Positions 1 through 8,996 are shown, counted from the stretch's first letter. The stretch: 32,000 nt of DNA from an uncultured archaeon (GCA_964551375.1 CAZKBG010000001.1:660001-692000), one strand, 5' to 3'. The notes: generated by a model not told the origin, from the sequence alone. Made by a program: numbers and translations.

Positions 1-475
1 CCAAATCAACTTCAGCCGATTTTTCGCTTCCCTGCGAAGATAAATCAATTTTAAAAAAAGAATTGCCTGATTTTTCAAAAGAATCAAAATAACTCCAGTT
101 TTTTGAAATCAAAAAAGCGCGCTCTGGCTGGGGAACAAGAGGAAGCTTTCCAATATGCCGAGCAAGCGCGTTGGATATTTTTTTTAATTCTGAAAAAGAC
201 AGCGCTTTAAGGCAAAACATGCCTCCCTCTTCTTCAAGGCTGAACCCCTTAAAGCCAAGGGAGAGAATCAGATCCTCAAGCTTGTCTTTTTCAAAACTAA
301 ACGAAATCCTGGTGAAAGGAAAGAACTTGTGCCTCTCTACAACACGAGAAGATGAGTTGCTAAACTCAACCAAAACCTCATGCCTTGATTCAAGGTATGA
401 AACCTTGGTTAAGTAAAATAGTCGCGCAAGCGGATTATTATCAGCGCCGAAAAAGGCATCTTTGTGTTGGGACAT
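1..475 (-). CDS. Uncharacterised conserved-looking protein, C-terminus outside window
   Basis: Open frame from ATG at 475 reading leftward without stop to the window edge: MSQHKDAFFGADNNPLARLFYLTKVSYLESRHEVLVEFSNSSSRVVERHKFFPFTRISF...GKLPLVPQPERAFLISKNWSYFDSFEKSG...; not in the ORF track because it is truncated. Confidence 0.7.
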   Translation of the reverse strand, partial: MSQHKDAFFGADNNPLARLFYLTKVSYLESRHEVLVEFSNSSSRVVERHKFFPFTRISFSFEKDKLEDLILSLGFKGFSLEEEGGMFCLKALSFSELKKISNALARHIGKLPLVPQPERAFLISKNWSYFDSFEKSGNSFFKIDLSSQGSEKSAEVDL

Positions 476-557
476 TAGGAGGATGTTTTTTCCCCAATTT
501 AAGTACTATTTGGAAGTATTTTGCCGGTGAGCAGATAAAACTGACAACTATACTAAA

Positions 558-1577
558 TTAAAGCTCATTAACAAAACAGCGAACCCCGCCGCCCGCAGCG
601 CGATTTGCCCTAAGCGCAACAGGGGTAGGAATTACGGTTACTCCATTTGATTTTAGAAGTTCAATAGTTCTCTTTGCTTCTTTATCAACCATCACAGTAT
701 TTTCGCCAAGAACCAAAAAGTTTGCTGGATAAATTGAAGCTTCTTCTTTAGGAACTGTAATAATTTTTGCCCCTGCTTGTTTTGCCGCAGCAGAAATAGC
801 CCCTTGATTTTCTCTTAAGAAAAATTCATCAACAAGCATTATCTTCCCAGCTCTTCCGACAAATAAATCAGGATGATCAATATTTCGAAAAACTTTCTTT
901 CCGACCATTTTTGACAAGTTATGCATTTCCTGCCAGCCGTCCTTTACAAAATAAAACATCATTCCTTCAGAAGCCAATCTTTTTACTGTAGGGGAATTTC
1001 GAAGATTTGCCGAAACAATCATCTGCTTCTCTCCTACTTGAACTACCTGCCCGCCTTCTCCAAAATTGTCAGGAGCGAACAGAGAATTATTTGGTTTGAA
1101 TCTTTTTTTTCCATGCTTAATCCAAAGATCCCTTGTCCAAAGAGCAGCAGGATCCACTGCAGGAACGCTGTTAATTTTTCCCATCTCATTTGCTTTTGCT
1201 TTGAAAACTTTAGCACTTCCTGAAACGCGTTTTAGAATAGCATCCTCGCTGAAAAAATACTTTGGAACAGCAATTTTGAATCCAAGCGAATTAAGTTTTT
1301 TAATAACAGCAATTCTTTCCGCGCTCACACGCCACACGGCTTTAGGATGATTTACAACAAACCCCATCATTGAAAATCCTGCAAAAAGATCTCCCTTCAT
1401 TCTTGTTGAATCAAGAAAAATTCCTTCTTTTGCATGGCGAACCCCTGTTAATCCCTGAAAAGACTTTGGATTTAATTGAGGAGTTCTGCCAGAACGATAA
1501 TCAGCGTATGCGCGCGTTTCCATATCAGGCTTTCTTCCAAGAGCCACTACAAAACGCTTTTTTGCATTAGGATTCAT
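558..1577 (-). CDS. Pentein-fold (guanidine-modifying / amidinotransferase or deiminase-like) protein
   Basis: 339 aa; motifs TRDLW, FGEGGQVV, NIDHPDLFVG (H-x-D) and C-terminal GGGVRCFVNEL with a candidate catalytic Cys. Confidence 0.65.
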   Translation of the reverse strand: MNPNAKKRFVVALGRKPDMETRAYADYRSGRTPQLNPKSFQGLTGVRHAKEGIFLDSTRMKGDLFAGFSMMGFVVNHPKAVWRVSAERIAVIKKLNSLGFKIAVPKYFFSEDAILKRVSGSAKVFKAKANEMGKINSVPAVDPAALWTRDLWIKHGKKRFKPNNSLFAPDNFGEGGQVVQVGEKQMIVSANLRNSPTVKRLASEGMMFYFVKDGWQEMHNLSKMVGKKVFRNIDHPDLFVGRAGKIMLVDEFFLRENQGAISAAAKQAGAKIITVPKEEASIYPANFLVLGENTVMVDKEAKRTIELLKSNGVTVIPTPVALRANRAAGGGVRCFVNEL

Positions 1578-1586
1578 CGCTACACT

Positions 1587-3122
1587 TCACAAAAATGAAT
1601 TAATTTCATCCTCTTTAGCCTTATCATCCGCGCTGAATGCTTTTGCAGCGTCCTCTAAATTTGTTTCATGCCTGCTTGGCTGGGACTTTCTCTTTCGCAC
1701 TTTAAAAAAAGTAGGAGCGTTAACTGCCTCTCCAACAATTAGGGCTTCCCCAACCCTTAGAGAAGAAATTATTCCAATGCTTGTCTTATCCAAACCCTCG
1801 CTTGACTGGGAAATATGATCCAAATCGTAAGGATTTGTTATTCTTAGAATTACATTTGTGTTGCAATTTGCAAGAGTTGTGGTGTCAAGCCTTTTTGGGC
1901 GCTGGGAAATTACTACAAGAGATGCTCCAAACTTTCTCCCTTCCCTTGCAATTGTCCTCAAGTACGACCTTGCCACCGCATGCTCTGCAGCAGTTCCTTC
2001 AGGAATAAAATTATGCGCTTCTTCAACGAATAATGCAAATGGAGGAATCTTTTTTGAATGAGACCTTCGCTCGTGGAACAATTTATTTGAAATATACGCC
2101 ACAATTATCTGCTTTTTCTTTTCGCTAATCACATTATTCAAATCAAATACCACTAAATTTCCAGGCTTTACTAAATCAACAATCCCCGGCTCGTCAATTT
2201 TTCCAAACAACTGCAAATCCTCAAGCTCTGAAACAATTCCGTGAAGAGCTGCTGCAGTTTTTGCGTCATCAACAGAATTTATTTCTGTTTTAACAGCTGA
2301 AAGGTCAAACGGACCTGCGCCTGAACGCATTTCTTCATTTAATCTTGAAAGAATTCCATTTAATGCACGCTTCTGCGTTGGAGAAAGCTCAACAATTGAA
2401 GAAATCATATAAACATTGAGCTTTGAGCATGCGATTTTTATTTTTGAGCCATCAACAATTCTTGTTTTTGAAGAAAAATCCATAAACTGATTCTGGCTTG
2501 ACTGCTTAACCGGCTCGCCTAAGCAAGTATACTCCCCGTGAGTGTCCATTACAACTACCGCTATCTGCCCCTGCTCTTTTTTTCTTGATAAAAGCTCTTC
2601 AAGAAGAACGCTTACAAAATAAGATTTGCCCGCGCCGCTTGTGGCAACAATAGCAAGATGCTTTTGAAGAATTTTTGAGAGATTTACTTTCAAATCAACA
2701 TCATGAAACTGCAGACGCCCGAGTTCAAGCCCGTCAGACTGAAGCCCAAGGAACCTTTTTATTCTTTCATTATCAGCTTCAAAAACTTTAACCCCTGGAG
2801 AGGGCGGAAAAGTAGGGCGCGCAATTAAAGAATCTTTGAAAACGCCAAGAGGGCGCGTTTTTGCAATCAAAAACTCCCACTCGCTTGCGGGAAAATTCTT
2901 TTCAAGCTCCTCACCCATTACCTTAACCGAATCAGGCCTTTCAAAATAACGGTTTGTCTTAATTACATCCTCAACTAAAAGCATCATTGTTCCTTCTGAA
3001 TACTCAAGCTCGGCAAACATTCCCTTATGGGCTTTGCCGTTATTTATTACAAAAGAAACACTGCTTGGAGAAGGACCTTCCATTGTTGAAACAACTGTGC
3101 CTAATTGAACTCTTTCACTCAT
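1587..3122 (-). CDS. herA: HerA-type DNA helicase/translocase
   Basis: ~511 aa; Walker A ATSGAGKSYFVSVL, Walker B FALFVEEAHNFIP, SQRPKRLDTTTLANCNTNVILRITNP; HerA/FtsK family features. ATG at 3122; the track extends to a TTG at 3125. Confidence 0.93.
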   Translation of the reverse strand: MSERVQLGTVVSTMEGPSPSSVSFVINNGKAHKGMFAELEYSEGTMMLLVEDVIKTNRYFERPDSVKVMGEELEKNFPASEWEFLIAKTRPLGVFKDSLIARPTFPPSPGVKVFEADNERIKRFLGLQSDGLELGRLQFHDVDLKVNLSKILQKHLAIVATSGAGKSYFVSVLLEELLSRKKEQGQIAVVVMDTHGEYTCLGEPVKQSSQNQFMDFSSKTRIVDGSKIKIACSKLNVYMISSIVELSPTQKRALNGILSRLNEEMRSGAGPFDLSAVKTEINSVDDAKTAAALHGIVSELEDLQLFGKIDEPGIVDLVKPGNLVVFDLNNVISEKKKQIIVAYISNKLFHERRSHSKKIPPFALFVEEAHNFIPEGTAAEHAVARSYLRTIAREGRKFGASLVVISQRPKRLDTTTLANCNTNVILRITNPYDLDHISQSSEGLDKTSIGIISSLRVGEALIVGEAVNAPTFFKVRKRKSQPSRHETNLEDAAKAFSADDKAKEDEINSFL

Positions 3123-3163
3123 CAAACCACCAATTAACCGCTTAACTTAATTATGAAAATAAT

Positions 3164-3481
3164 TTACTTGGATTTTGGAACTGTGCGCAGAGGAATTTTA
3201 TGCTTGTATCCTTTAAGCCACCTTCTCCTTGCTTTTTTTACACCCCTGTTCTTTGACTGAATGGAGCGGACTAATCTTTTTCCGAATTTTTGCAAATCCC
3301 TTGATTCATTTTTTAACGCGCCGCTAACTGCATAAGTATTATTACTTGCCTGTCTTACAGCGGGCTTTCCAATTCCAATAAGCGCGCCAGAACTATCAAT
3401 TACCCTCTGAATTCTTTTTACCTTAGCCCTTCTTGCAGCAAGATTTTGAGGCAGAAAAGCATTAGGAAGTCTTCTTGGCAT
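3164..3481 (-). CDS. Small highly basic uncharacterised protein
   Basis: 105-aa ORF rich in K/R filling the gap between herA and a HAD gene; overlaps the upstream gene by 20 nt. Confidence 0.6.
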   Translation of the reverse strand: MPRRLPNAFLPQNLAARRAKVKRIQRVIDSSGALIGIGKPAVRQASNNTYAVSGALKNESRDLQKFGKRLVRSIQSKNRGVKKARRRWLKGYKHKIPLRTVPKSK

Positions 3482-4139
3482 TCAATTCACCCAAAACCCA
3501 CGGCAAATCCTTCATTGAGCGAATCTCAAATTCGGGATGAACCTTGACAATATCAATAACTTTGCCCGAACGATTTATTAGACAATTGTGCATCCCCGCA
3601 TCCCTTGCCCCCATCATGTCAGAGCGCAAAGAATCTCCCACCATTAACGCATCTTTTGGTTTTACTTTAAGCTTCTTTAACACGCGGTTAAAACAAACTT
3701 TACTCGGTTTAAGCGCGCCAATTTCAAAGCTGAAACAAATAACGTCAAAATACTTTTTGAGCCCAAGATTTTTTACAATATCAGGAGCGTAAAGATTTTC
3801 TGTATTTGACAAAAGAGCAAGCTTGTATCCTTTCTTTTTTAATTTTTCAAGAACTGCGGGAACTTCGCCAAAAAACCTTATTTTATCAAACCTGTTGAAA
3901 TAAACCTCGTACAACTCCTCTTCCAAAAGAATATTGCTACTCTGGCTGAATGCCTTAAAAAAATCCTTCTTCAGCGCAGCATAACTTTTATACTTTTTTT
4001 TCTGAACTGCATTCTCATACTTTTCAATAAACTCATGCAAATCCATTCCCTGCTTCTTTGCCAATGCGCGGAGGCGCACAAAATCAATTGTTGCGGGAAT
4101 TATTGTATTCCACATGTCAAAAACAACAGCTTTAATCAA
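3462..4139 (-). CDS. HAD superfamily hydrolase
   Basis: 225 aa; VVFDMWNTII, LLSNT, KPSKVCFNRVLKKL, MVGDSLRSDMMGARDAGM motifs. Confidence 0.88.
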   Translation of the reverse strand: MIKAVVFDMWNTIIPATIDFVRLRALAKKQGMDLHEFIEKYENAVQKKKYKSYAALKKDFFKAFSQSSNILLEEELYEVYFNRFDKIRFFGEVPAVLEKLKKKGYKLALLSNTENLYAPDIVKNLGLKKYFDVICFSFEIGALKPSKVCFNRVLKKLKVKPKDALMVGDSLRSDMMGARDAGMHNCLINRSGKVIDIVKVHPEFEIRSMKDLPWVLGELNAKKTS

Positions 4140-4741
4140 AAAGACACCCCAAGCGTTCTAAGCGAATCGTAAAAGTGAGCCATGTTGCTATAGTGAATAG
4201 TGTTAAACCCCAAATCATTTGCGCTCAACACATTTCCGGGATGATCATCAACAAAAATACACTCATCAGGTTTTACTTTTAATTTTGCAGTTATTAGTTT
4301 AAATATTTTTGAATCAGGCTTTCGCATTTTAACAACGCAGGAAACCACGCTTGCGTCAAAATCCTTGAACAATCCGCGTTTTTTATTTATTTTGTAAGAT
4401 TCATCTGAAAGATTTGATAAAATTGCAATTTTATATTTTGGTTTTAGGGACTTTGCAAAAGAAATAATTTCCTCATTCAAACCCAAAATTTCAACATACT
4501 TATTTTGCCAAACTTTTAATAGTTCTGGCACTGTTACTTTAAGCCCTGAATTCTTTTTCACCATCAAAAGAAATTTTTTCAAAGGAAGCTCCCCTGTCAT
4601 TAATTCTTTTGAATACTTATCACTCAACGCAAAAACAATTTCCGGATTAATATTAAAATGCCTGGCAAAACTTTTGATTTGAAGAGACATGTGCTCTGGA
4701 ATCAGGACTCCCCCAATATCAAAAATAATCGCTTTAATCAA
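4136..4741 (-). CDS. HAD superfamily hydrolase
   Basis: 201 aa; IFDIGGVL, ILSNLSDESY, RKPDSKIFKLI, FVDDHPGNVLSANDLGF; 4-nt overlap with the next HAD gene. Confidence 0.88.
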   Translation of the reverse strand: MIKAIIFDIGGVLIPEHMSLQIKSFARHFNINPEIVFALSDKYSKELMTGELPLKKFLLMVKKNSGLKVTVPELLKVWQNKYVEILGLNEEIISFAKSLKPKYKIAILSNLSDESYKINKKRGLFKDFDASVVSCVVKMRKPDSKIFKLITAKLKVKPDECIFVDDHPGNVLSANDLGFNTIHYSNMAHFYDSLRTLGVSF

Positions 4742-4753
4742 ATAACCACCAAA

Positions 4754-5839
4754 TCAACCAAAAGGCCTGTTACTTCGTCTCATTCTTATTTTAGTGCCGA
4801 GCTTGTCTATTAATCTTTCATATACTACGCTAATCTCCTGTTCGCTAAGACCCGCTCTTAGGTCGGCTTCGATTAAAATGCTTGGAAAAGAATATTCTTT
4901 GTGAAGAGAACTTATGGAATACACAACTGATGCGATACTATCAGAAAGTTTCTTTAAATTTGATTTATCTTTAACAATAAACTCAACTCTCATGGGCTTG
5001 TCAAAATCAGCTGCTTTTAAGTAAAACACAAAAACGCTATTTGCCCACTGGGGAGAATAATCTTTTAGAATTGCGTGATTTTCAACAATATTTGTGTAAG
5101 GGAATGCGAATGTGCGCTCAGCTGGATGCAAGTAATAATCTAAAAGCGCAACATCATAAGCGTTGTTTAACACTGAAGCTTGAATTTTTGTATGAAGGGG
5201 AAGAATTTCTTCCTGCAAAATAGTTCTAAACCTTGTTCCTCTTGAATCCTCAACGCATGAAACAAGAATTGTGTTATTTTCATCAGCTGATTTGTAAAGT
5301 TTTTCAAAAAGCGAGATTATGGAATGATACTCATCATTAAGCTCGGACTCCTTTCTTGGCTTGTCCTGATACTGGGGAACAAGAGAGCCGTCAATGAAAA
5401 GAAATTTGGGCTTGTATTTTTTAATAATCTCAATCGCGCAGTTTATTTCCTCGCGAAGTCTTACAAGCGAAACGCTCTGCTCGCTCTCATCCCTCTCAAG
5501 CCCTTCCCTAAGAATTTTAGGAACAGGAAAAGAGAACGGGGCGGGGTAGTAAATAGTTTTTGAGAGATGAGAATCTTTGTACTCAAACACAACCCCTGCT
5601 GTTTTAACTAAAATGAGGTCAAGAAAGGACAATTTCTTTGAAACAAACCCGCTATCTACCCCCGCGATTGACGAGTTGAGCTCTGCTTTTGAAACTTTAA
5701 GCACAATAGGCTCCATTTTGTTTGGAGAAATCTTGGATTTTAAGTGAATAATGCTCCCTGAAAGCTTCTCATTAAAGGAATGGCGCTCGCTAATCGCCTT
5801 CACAGCGTCCTCAAGGAAATTATTGAACATTCTTACCAC
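4754..5839 (-). CDS. nurA: NurA-type 5'-3' nuclease
   Basis: 361 aa; AGVDSGF, FLFIDGSLVP, VSCVEDSRGTRF, PSILIEADLRAGLS; partner of HerA in the same cluster. Confidence 0.85.
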   Translation of the reverse strand: MVRMFNNFLEDAVKAISERHSFNEKLSGSIIHLKSKISPNKMEPIVLKVSKAELNSSIAGVDSGFVSKKLSFLDLILVKTAGVVFEYKDSHLSKTIYYPAPFSFPVPKILREGLERDESEQSVSLVRLREEINCAIEIIKKYKPKFLFIDGSLVPQYQDKPRKESELNDEYHSIISLFEKLYKSADENNTILVSCVEDSRGTRFRTILQEEILPLHTKIQASVLNNAYDVALLDYYLHPAERTFAFPYTNIVENHAILKDYSPQWANSVFVFYLKAADFDKPMRVEFIVKDKSNLKKLSDSIASVVYSISSLHKEYSFPSILIEADLRAGLSEQEISVVYERLIDKLGTKIRMRRSNRPFG

Positions 5840-5973
5840 AATATGAATGAATCGGAGTTATTTAAAGCAATTTGGAGCAAATTGCCGGTTTTTTAAGCCT
5901 AAATTGGATAGGTTTTTAAACAAAATAACTATTCCTATTGTGGAAAGTTTTCCAATTTTTTGAAGTGAGGATT

Positions 5974-6300
5974 ATGAAAGCAAGGTTTGAGGTTCGAACA
6001 ATAAGAAGCTCCTGGACTAAGCCGTCTCAGAAGAAAGACATTACTGATGAGATTTTTGAAGTGGACGAGGGACAGGAATTTGATAAAGTAAGAGGAAACG
6101 GAAACGACGAAGCGGTGTACCAATTAATGAGAAGCGCGGGCGACAGAGTTGTTGTACGCTACTCAAGATTATTTACACTAAAAACTGTTAATCCCGGAGA
6201 CAAGCAAATAGTTCTTGAAAGGGACAAACCGGTTGAAATGACATACATGTGGGGCGAAGACGGCACTACAAAGAAAATCACTTACAAAGGCACTGTATAA
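5974..6300 (+). CDS. Uncharacterised small protein
   Basis: ATG at 5974 preceded by GTGAGG; 108 aa, MKARFEVRTIRSSWTKPSQKKDITDEIFEVDEGQEFDKVRG...; the track's 5938 start lies upstream of the ribosome-binding-like site. Confidence 0.65.
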   Translation: MKARFEVRTIRSSWTKPSQKKDITDEIFEVDEGQEFDKVRGNGNDEAVYQLMRSAGDRVVVRYSRLFTLKTVNPGDKQIVLERDKPVEMTYMWGEDGTTKKITYKGTV

Positions 6301-6356
6301 ATTTACAAGCGCCTTTCTAATTTTTTTAAAAGACTAATTTTTTGCTCAACAATAAC

Positions 6357-6388
6357 TATTAAAAGCCCATGCATGAATAATTATTCAT
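6357..6388 (+). promoter_or_regulatory. TATA-like element (6357..6365) plus perfect 16-bp palindrome ATGAATAATTATTCAT (6373..6388)
   Basis: CTATTAAAA is centred about 28 nt upstream of the ATG at 6389 (leaderless-type spacing); the palindrome ends at the base before the start codon. Confidence 0.55.
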
Positions 6389-6700
6389 ATGAAAGAATCA
6401 CATTACCCGCATAAATGCATGGAAGTTTTAGGAAACAGGCTTAGGACTGAAATAATCTGCCTTCTGCAGGAAAAGCCAAGAACTGTGCAGGAAATATGCA
6501 AAGCACTAGGGAGAGAACAGAGCCTTGTGAGCCACTCGCTCAAGCAAATGAGAGAATGCAGTTTTGTTGACTATCGAAAAGAAGGAAAAACAAGCATTTA
6601 TTACATTAAAAGCGATATTTTCACAAAGAAAAAAAACCAGCCCTTGTTTGAAATCTTTGAAGAGCATGCTGTAAAATACTGCAAAAAACACACAGCATAA
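6389..6700 (+). CDS. ArsR-family winged-HTH transcriptional regulator
   Basis: 103 aa; LGNRLRTEIICLLQEKPRTVQEICKALGREQSLVSHSLKQMRECSFVDYRKEGKTSIYYI. Confidence 0.85.
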   Translation: MKESHYPHKCMEVLGNRLRTEIICLLQEKPRTVQEICKALGREQSLVSHSLKQMRECSFVDYRKEGKTSIYYIKSDIFTKKKNQPLFEIFEEHAVKYCKKHTA

Positions 6701-6734
6701 TTTAATTAACCAAACTTGAAATTGGGATGAAAAT

Positions 6735-7931
6735 ATGAAAAAAACTGTTTATTTTGATTTTGCCGCAACAACCCCCGTGCGAAGCGAAGTGCTTAAAGTA
6801 GCCATGCCTTACTTTAGCAATAAATTCGGAAACCCATCAAGCTTTCACTCAACAGGACTTGAAGCAAAAGTCGCCATGAAAGAAGCAAGAGAGAAAATTG
6901 CAAAAATAATAAACGCCAAACCTGAAGAAATTATTTTCACAGGAAGCGGAACTGAAAGCCTAAACTACGCAATCAAAGGAATTGCATTCAAATCAATGCT
7001 TGAAGGAAAAAAAGGAACAATAATAACCCAAAGCACAGAACATCACGCAACAATTGAAATAATGCAATGGCTAAAAAAAATGGGATTTGATATTATAACG
7101 CTCCCTGTAAATGTTGATGGAGTTGTAAGCGAAGAAAAACTTGAAAAAGCTCTGATAGAGCACAAGGGAAAAGTGATACTTGTAACAATAATGTACGCAA
7201 ATAATGAAATCGGAACAATCCAACCCATTAGAAAACTTGCTGATATTGCACATAAGCACGGCGTAATATTTCACACAGACGCATGCCAAGGAGCAGAATA
7301 CTTAGACATTAATGTTGAACACCTTGGCGTTGATATGATGACACTCAATGGGAGCAAAATATACGCTTTCAAGGGAACCGGACTTCTTTACAAAAAAAGC
7401 GGAGTAGAAATTGAGCCGCTCATACACGGAGGGGGACAGGAGAAAGGAGCAAGAGGAGGAACAGAAAATACCCCTGGAATTATTGCGATGGCAAAAGCAC
7501 TGGAGCTCGCTGAAAAGGAAAAGAAAAGCGAAAGCGCAAGACTTGCAAAACTTCGAGATTATATGATTAAAAAAATTGAAAAAGAAGTTCCGCATGTAGT
7601 AATCAATGGACACAGAACACAGAGACTTCCAAATAATGTAAATATTTCATTTAAGGGAGTGGAAGGAGAATCCATCCTCTTAAGATTAAATGAAGCAGGA
7701 ATAAGAGTAAGCACAGGAAGCGCATGCTCCTCTCAAAGCCTTGACCCAAGCCATGTAATACTGGGACTTGGAAGAAGCCACGGACTAGCGCACGGAAGCA
7801 TAAGATTCTCATTAGGACTTACCACAACAAAAGCACAAGTTGATTATGCGGTTAAAAATGTGAAAGAAATAATAAAAGAGCTCCGCGGACTTTCAAGCGC
7901 ATGGAACGGCGGAAAAAATATTGATGATTAA
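6735..7931 (+). CDS. iscS: Cysteine desulfurase (NifS/IscS family)
   Basis: 398 aa; YFDFAATTPVRSEV, TQSTEHHATIE, LNGSKIYAFKGTGLLY (PLP Lys), GIRVSTGSACSSQSLDPSHV (active-site Cys loop). Confidence 0.95.
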   Translation: MKKTVYFDFAATTPVRSEVLKVAMPYFSNKFGNPSSFHSTGLEAKVAMKEAREKIAKIINAKPEEIIFTGSGTESLNYAIKGIAFKSMLEGKKGTIITQSTEHHATIEIMQWLKKMGFDIITLPVNVDGVVSEEKLEKALIEHKGKVILVTIMYANNEIGTIQPIRKLADIAHKHGVIFHTDACQGAEYLDINVEHLGVDMMTLNGSKIYAFKGTGLLYKKSGVEIEPLIHGGGQEKGARGGTENTPGIIAMAKALELAEKEKKSESARLAKLRDYMIKKIEKEVPHVVINGHRTQRLPNNVNISFKGVEGESILLRLNEAGIRVSTGSACSSQSLDPSHVILGLGRSHGLAHGSIRFSLGLTTTKAQVDYAVKNVKEIIKELRGLSSAWNGGKNIDD

Positions 7932-7960
7932 TTTTAAGTTTTTAATTTGAGGTGATTTGA

Positions 7961-8422
7961 ATGCAGATGGAAGGACAAGATTGGTTTTACACCCCCACGG
8001 TTAAACAACACTTCTTCAAACCCAAGCACGCTTGGATAGAAGAAAAAGATCCCAAAGGATACGACGCGCATGGAGTATACGGAAGCATGAAGTGCGGAGA
8101 CAAAATGGAAATGTGGATTAAAGTAAAAAAAGACAAAATCGTGGATTTAAAGTGGAAAACATTCGGATGCGCAAGCGCTATTGCATCAACCTCAATGCTC
8201 GCAACAATGGTTACTGAAAAAGGCGGAATGCCGATAAAAAAAGCCCTCAAACTGACTCCTATGGATATAGTGCATAGACTTGGCGGGCTACCCGCAATCA
8301 AAATACACTGCTCAATAATGGGGGACAAAGCGCTCCGCGCGGCGATATATGACTACAAAGTCAAAAACAAACGCGAAGATATTAAAGTCGACAAGCCAAT
8401 AGAAGACGAAGAGCACCACTAA
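7961..8422 (+). CDS. iscU: Fe-S cluster scaffold protein, IscU/NifU-N family
   Basis: 153 aa; three scaffold Cys in MKCGDKM, TFGCASAIASTS and IHCSIMGDKALRAAI; directly downstream of iscS. Confidence 0.92.
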   Translation: MQMEGQDWFYTPTVKQHFFKPKHAWIEEKDPKGYDAHGVYGSMKCGDKMEMWIKVKKDKIVDLKWKTFGCASAIASTSMLATMVTEKGGMPIKKALKLTPMDIVHRLGGLPAIKIHCSIMGDKALRAAIYDYKVKNKREDIKVDKPIEDEEHH

Positions 8423-8540
8423 AAAATATTTAAACTTCAAAATAAAATGCGGCCCAAAAACTCATTGCTTTACGCGGGAAAAAAACCTTAAAATAAGCCA
8501 AAAAAACACTAATTTAAACCCCTTTAAACACTAATTAAGT

Positions 8541-8963
8541 ATGCCCTACACACCAAGAATACAGGCAATGAAAGCAGTCATAAAAAAGCAGGAAGCGGCG
8601 CGAGAACGGGAAGCTAAAATGCTTGCAATAAACCAAAGCTTGTACGGACATAATACAATACAAGCACAAAAACAGCAAATTAAGGCTGTAAAAGCAGAGC
8701 TTGATTTATTGTCAACAAAATGGAAACAAACAAAACTGTTCGAACTCCAAAAATCAGGAGAACTCAAATCTGAAAGACAGGCAAACCCAAACAGTCCAAA
8801 ACAAAAATATATTGAATCAATAATAAAACAGCACGAAGTAGAAAAAGAACGAATACATGAACATATGCGCCACCTTACAAAAACACTGAGACAGCTGAGA
8901 GGAGAAAAAAACGGCAATGGAAACGGGAATGGCAATGGCGGGGGAAACGGACACCCTAAATGA
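8541..8963 (+). CDS. Uncharacterised coiled-coil-like protein with GN-rich tail
   Basis: 140 aa; charged helical pattern, C-terminal GEKNGNGNGNGNGGGNGHPK. Confidence 0.65.
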   Translation: MPYTPRIQAMKAVIKKQEAAREREAKMLAINQSLYGHNTIQAQKQQIKAVKAELDLLSTKWKQTKLFELQKSGELKSERQANPNSPKQKYIESIIKQHEVEKERIHEHMRHLTKTLRQLRGEKNGNGNGNGNGGGNGHPK

Positions 8964-8996
8964 AACTAAAAATTATTAAATTAAGGAATGATACAA

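Noticed and set aside
921-2061. Plus-strand ORFs opposite the pentein gene and herA
   Set aside because: They overlap strong minus-strand coding sequences and lack upstream signals or recognisable motifs.
7987-8328. 113-aa minus-strand ORF opposite iscU
   Set aside because: Antisense shadow of a clearly coding iscU; composition typical of a reverse frame.
8900-8960. Degenerate GGCAATGG/AACGGG microsatellite
   Set aside because: Short, in-frame and part of the GN-rich tail; not an independent mobile or regulatory element.
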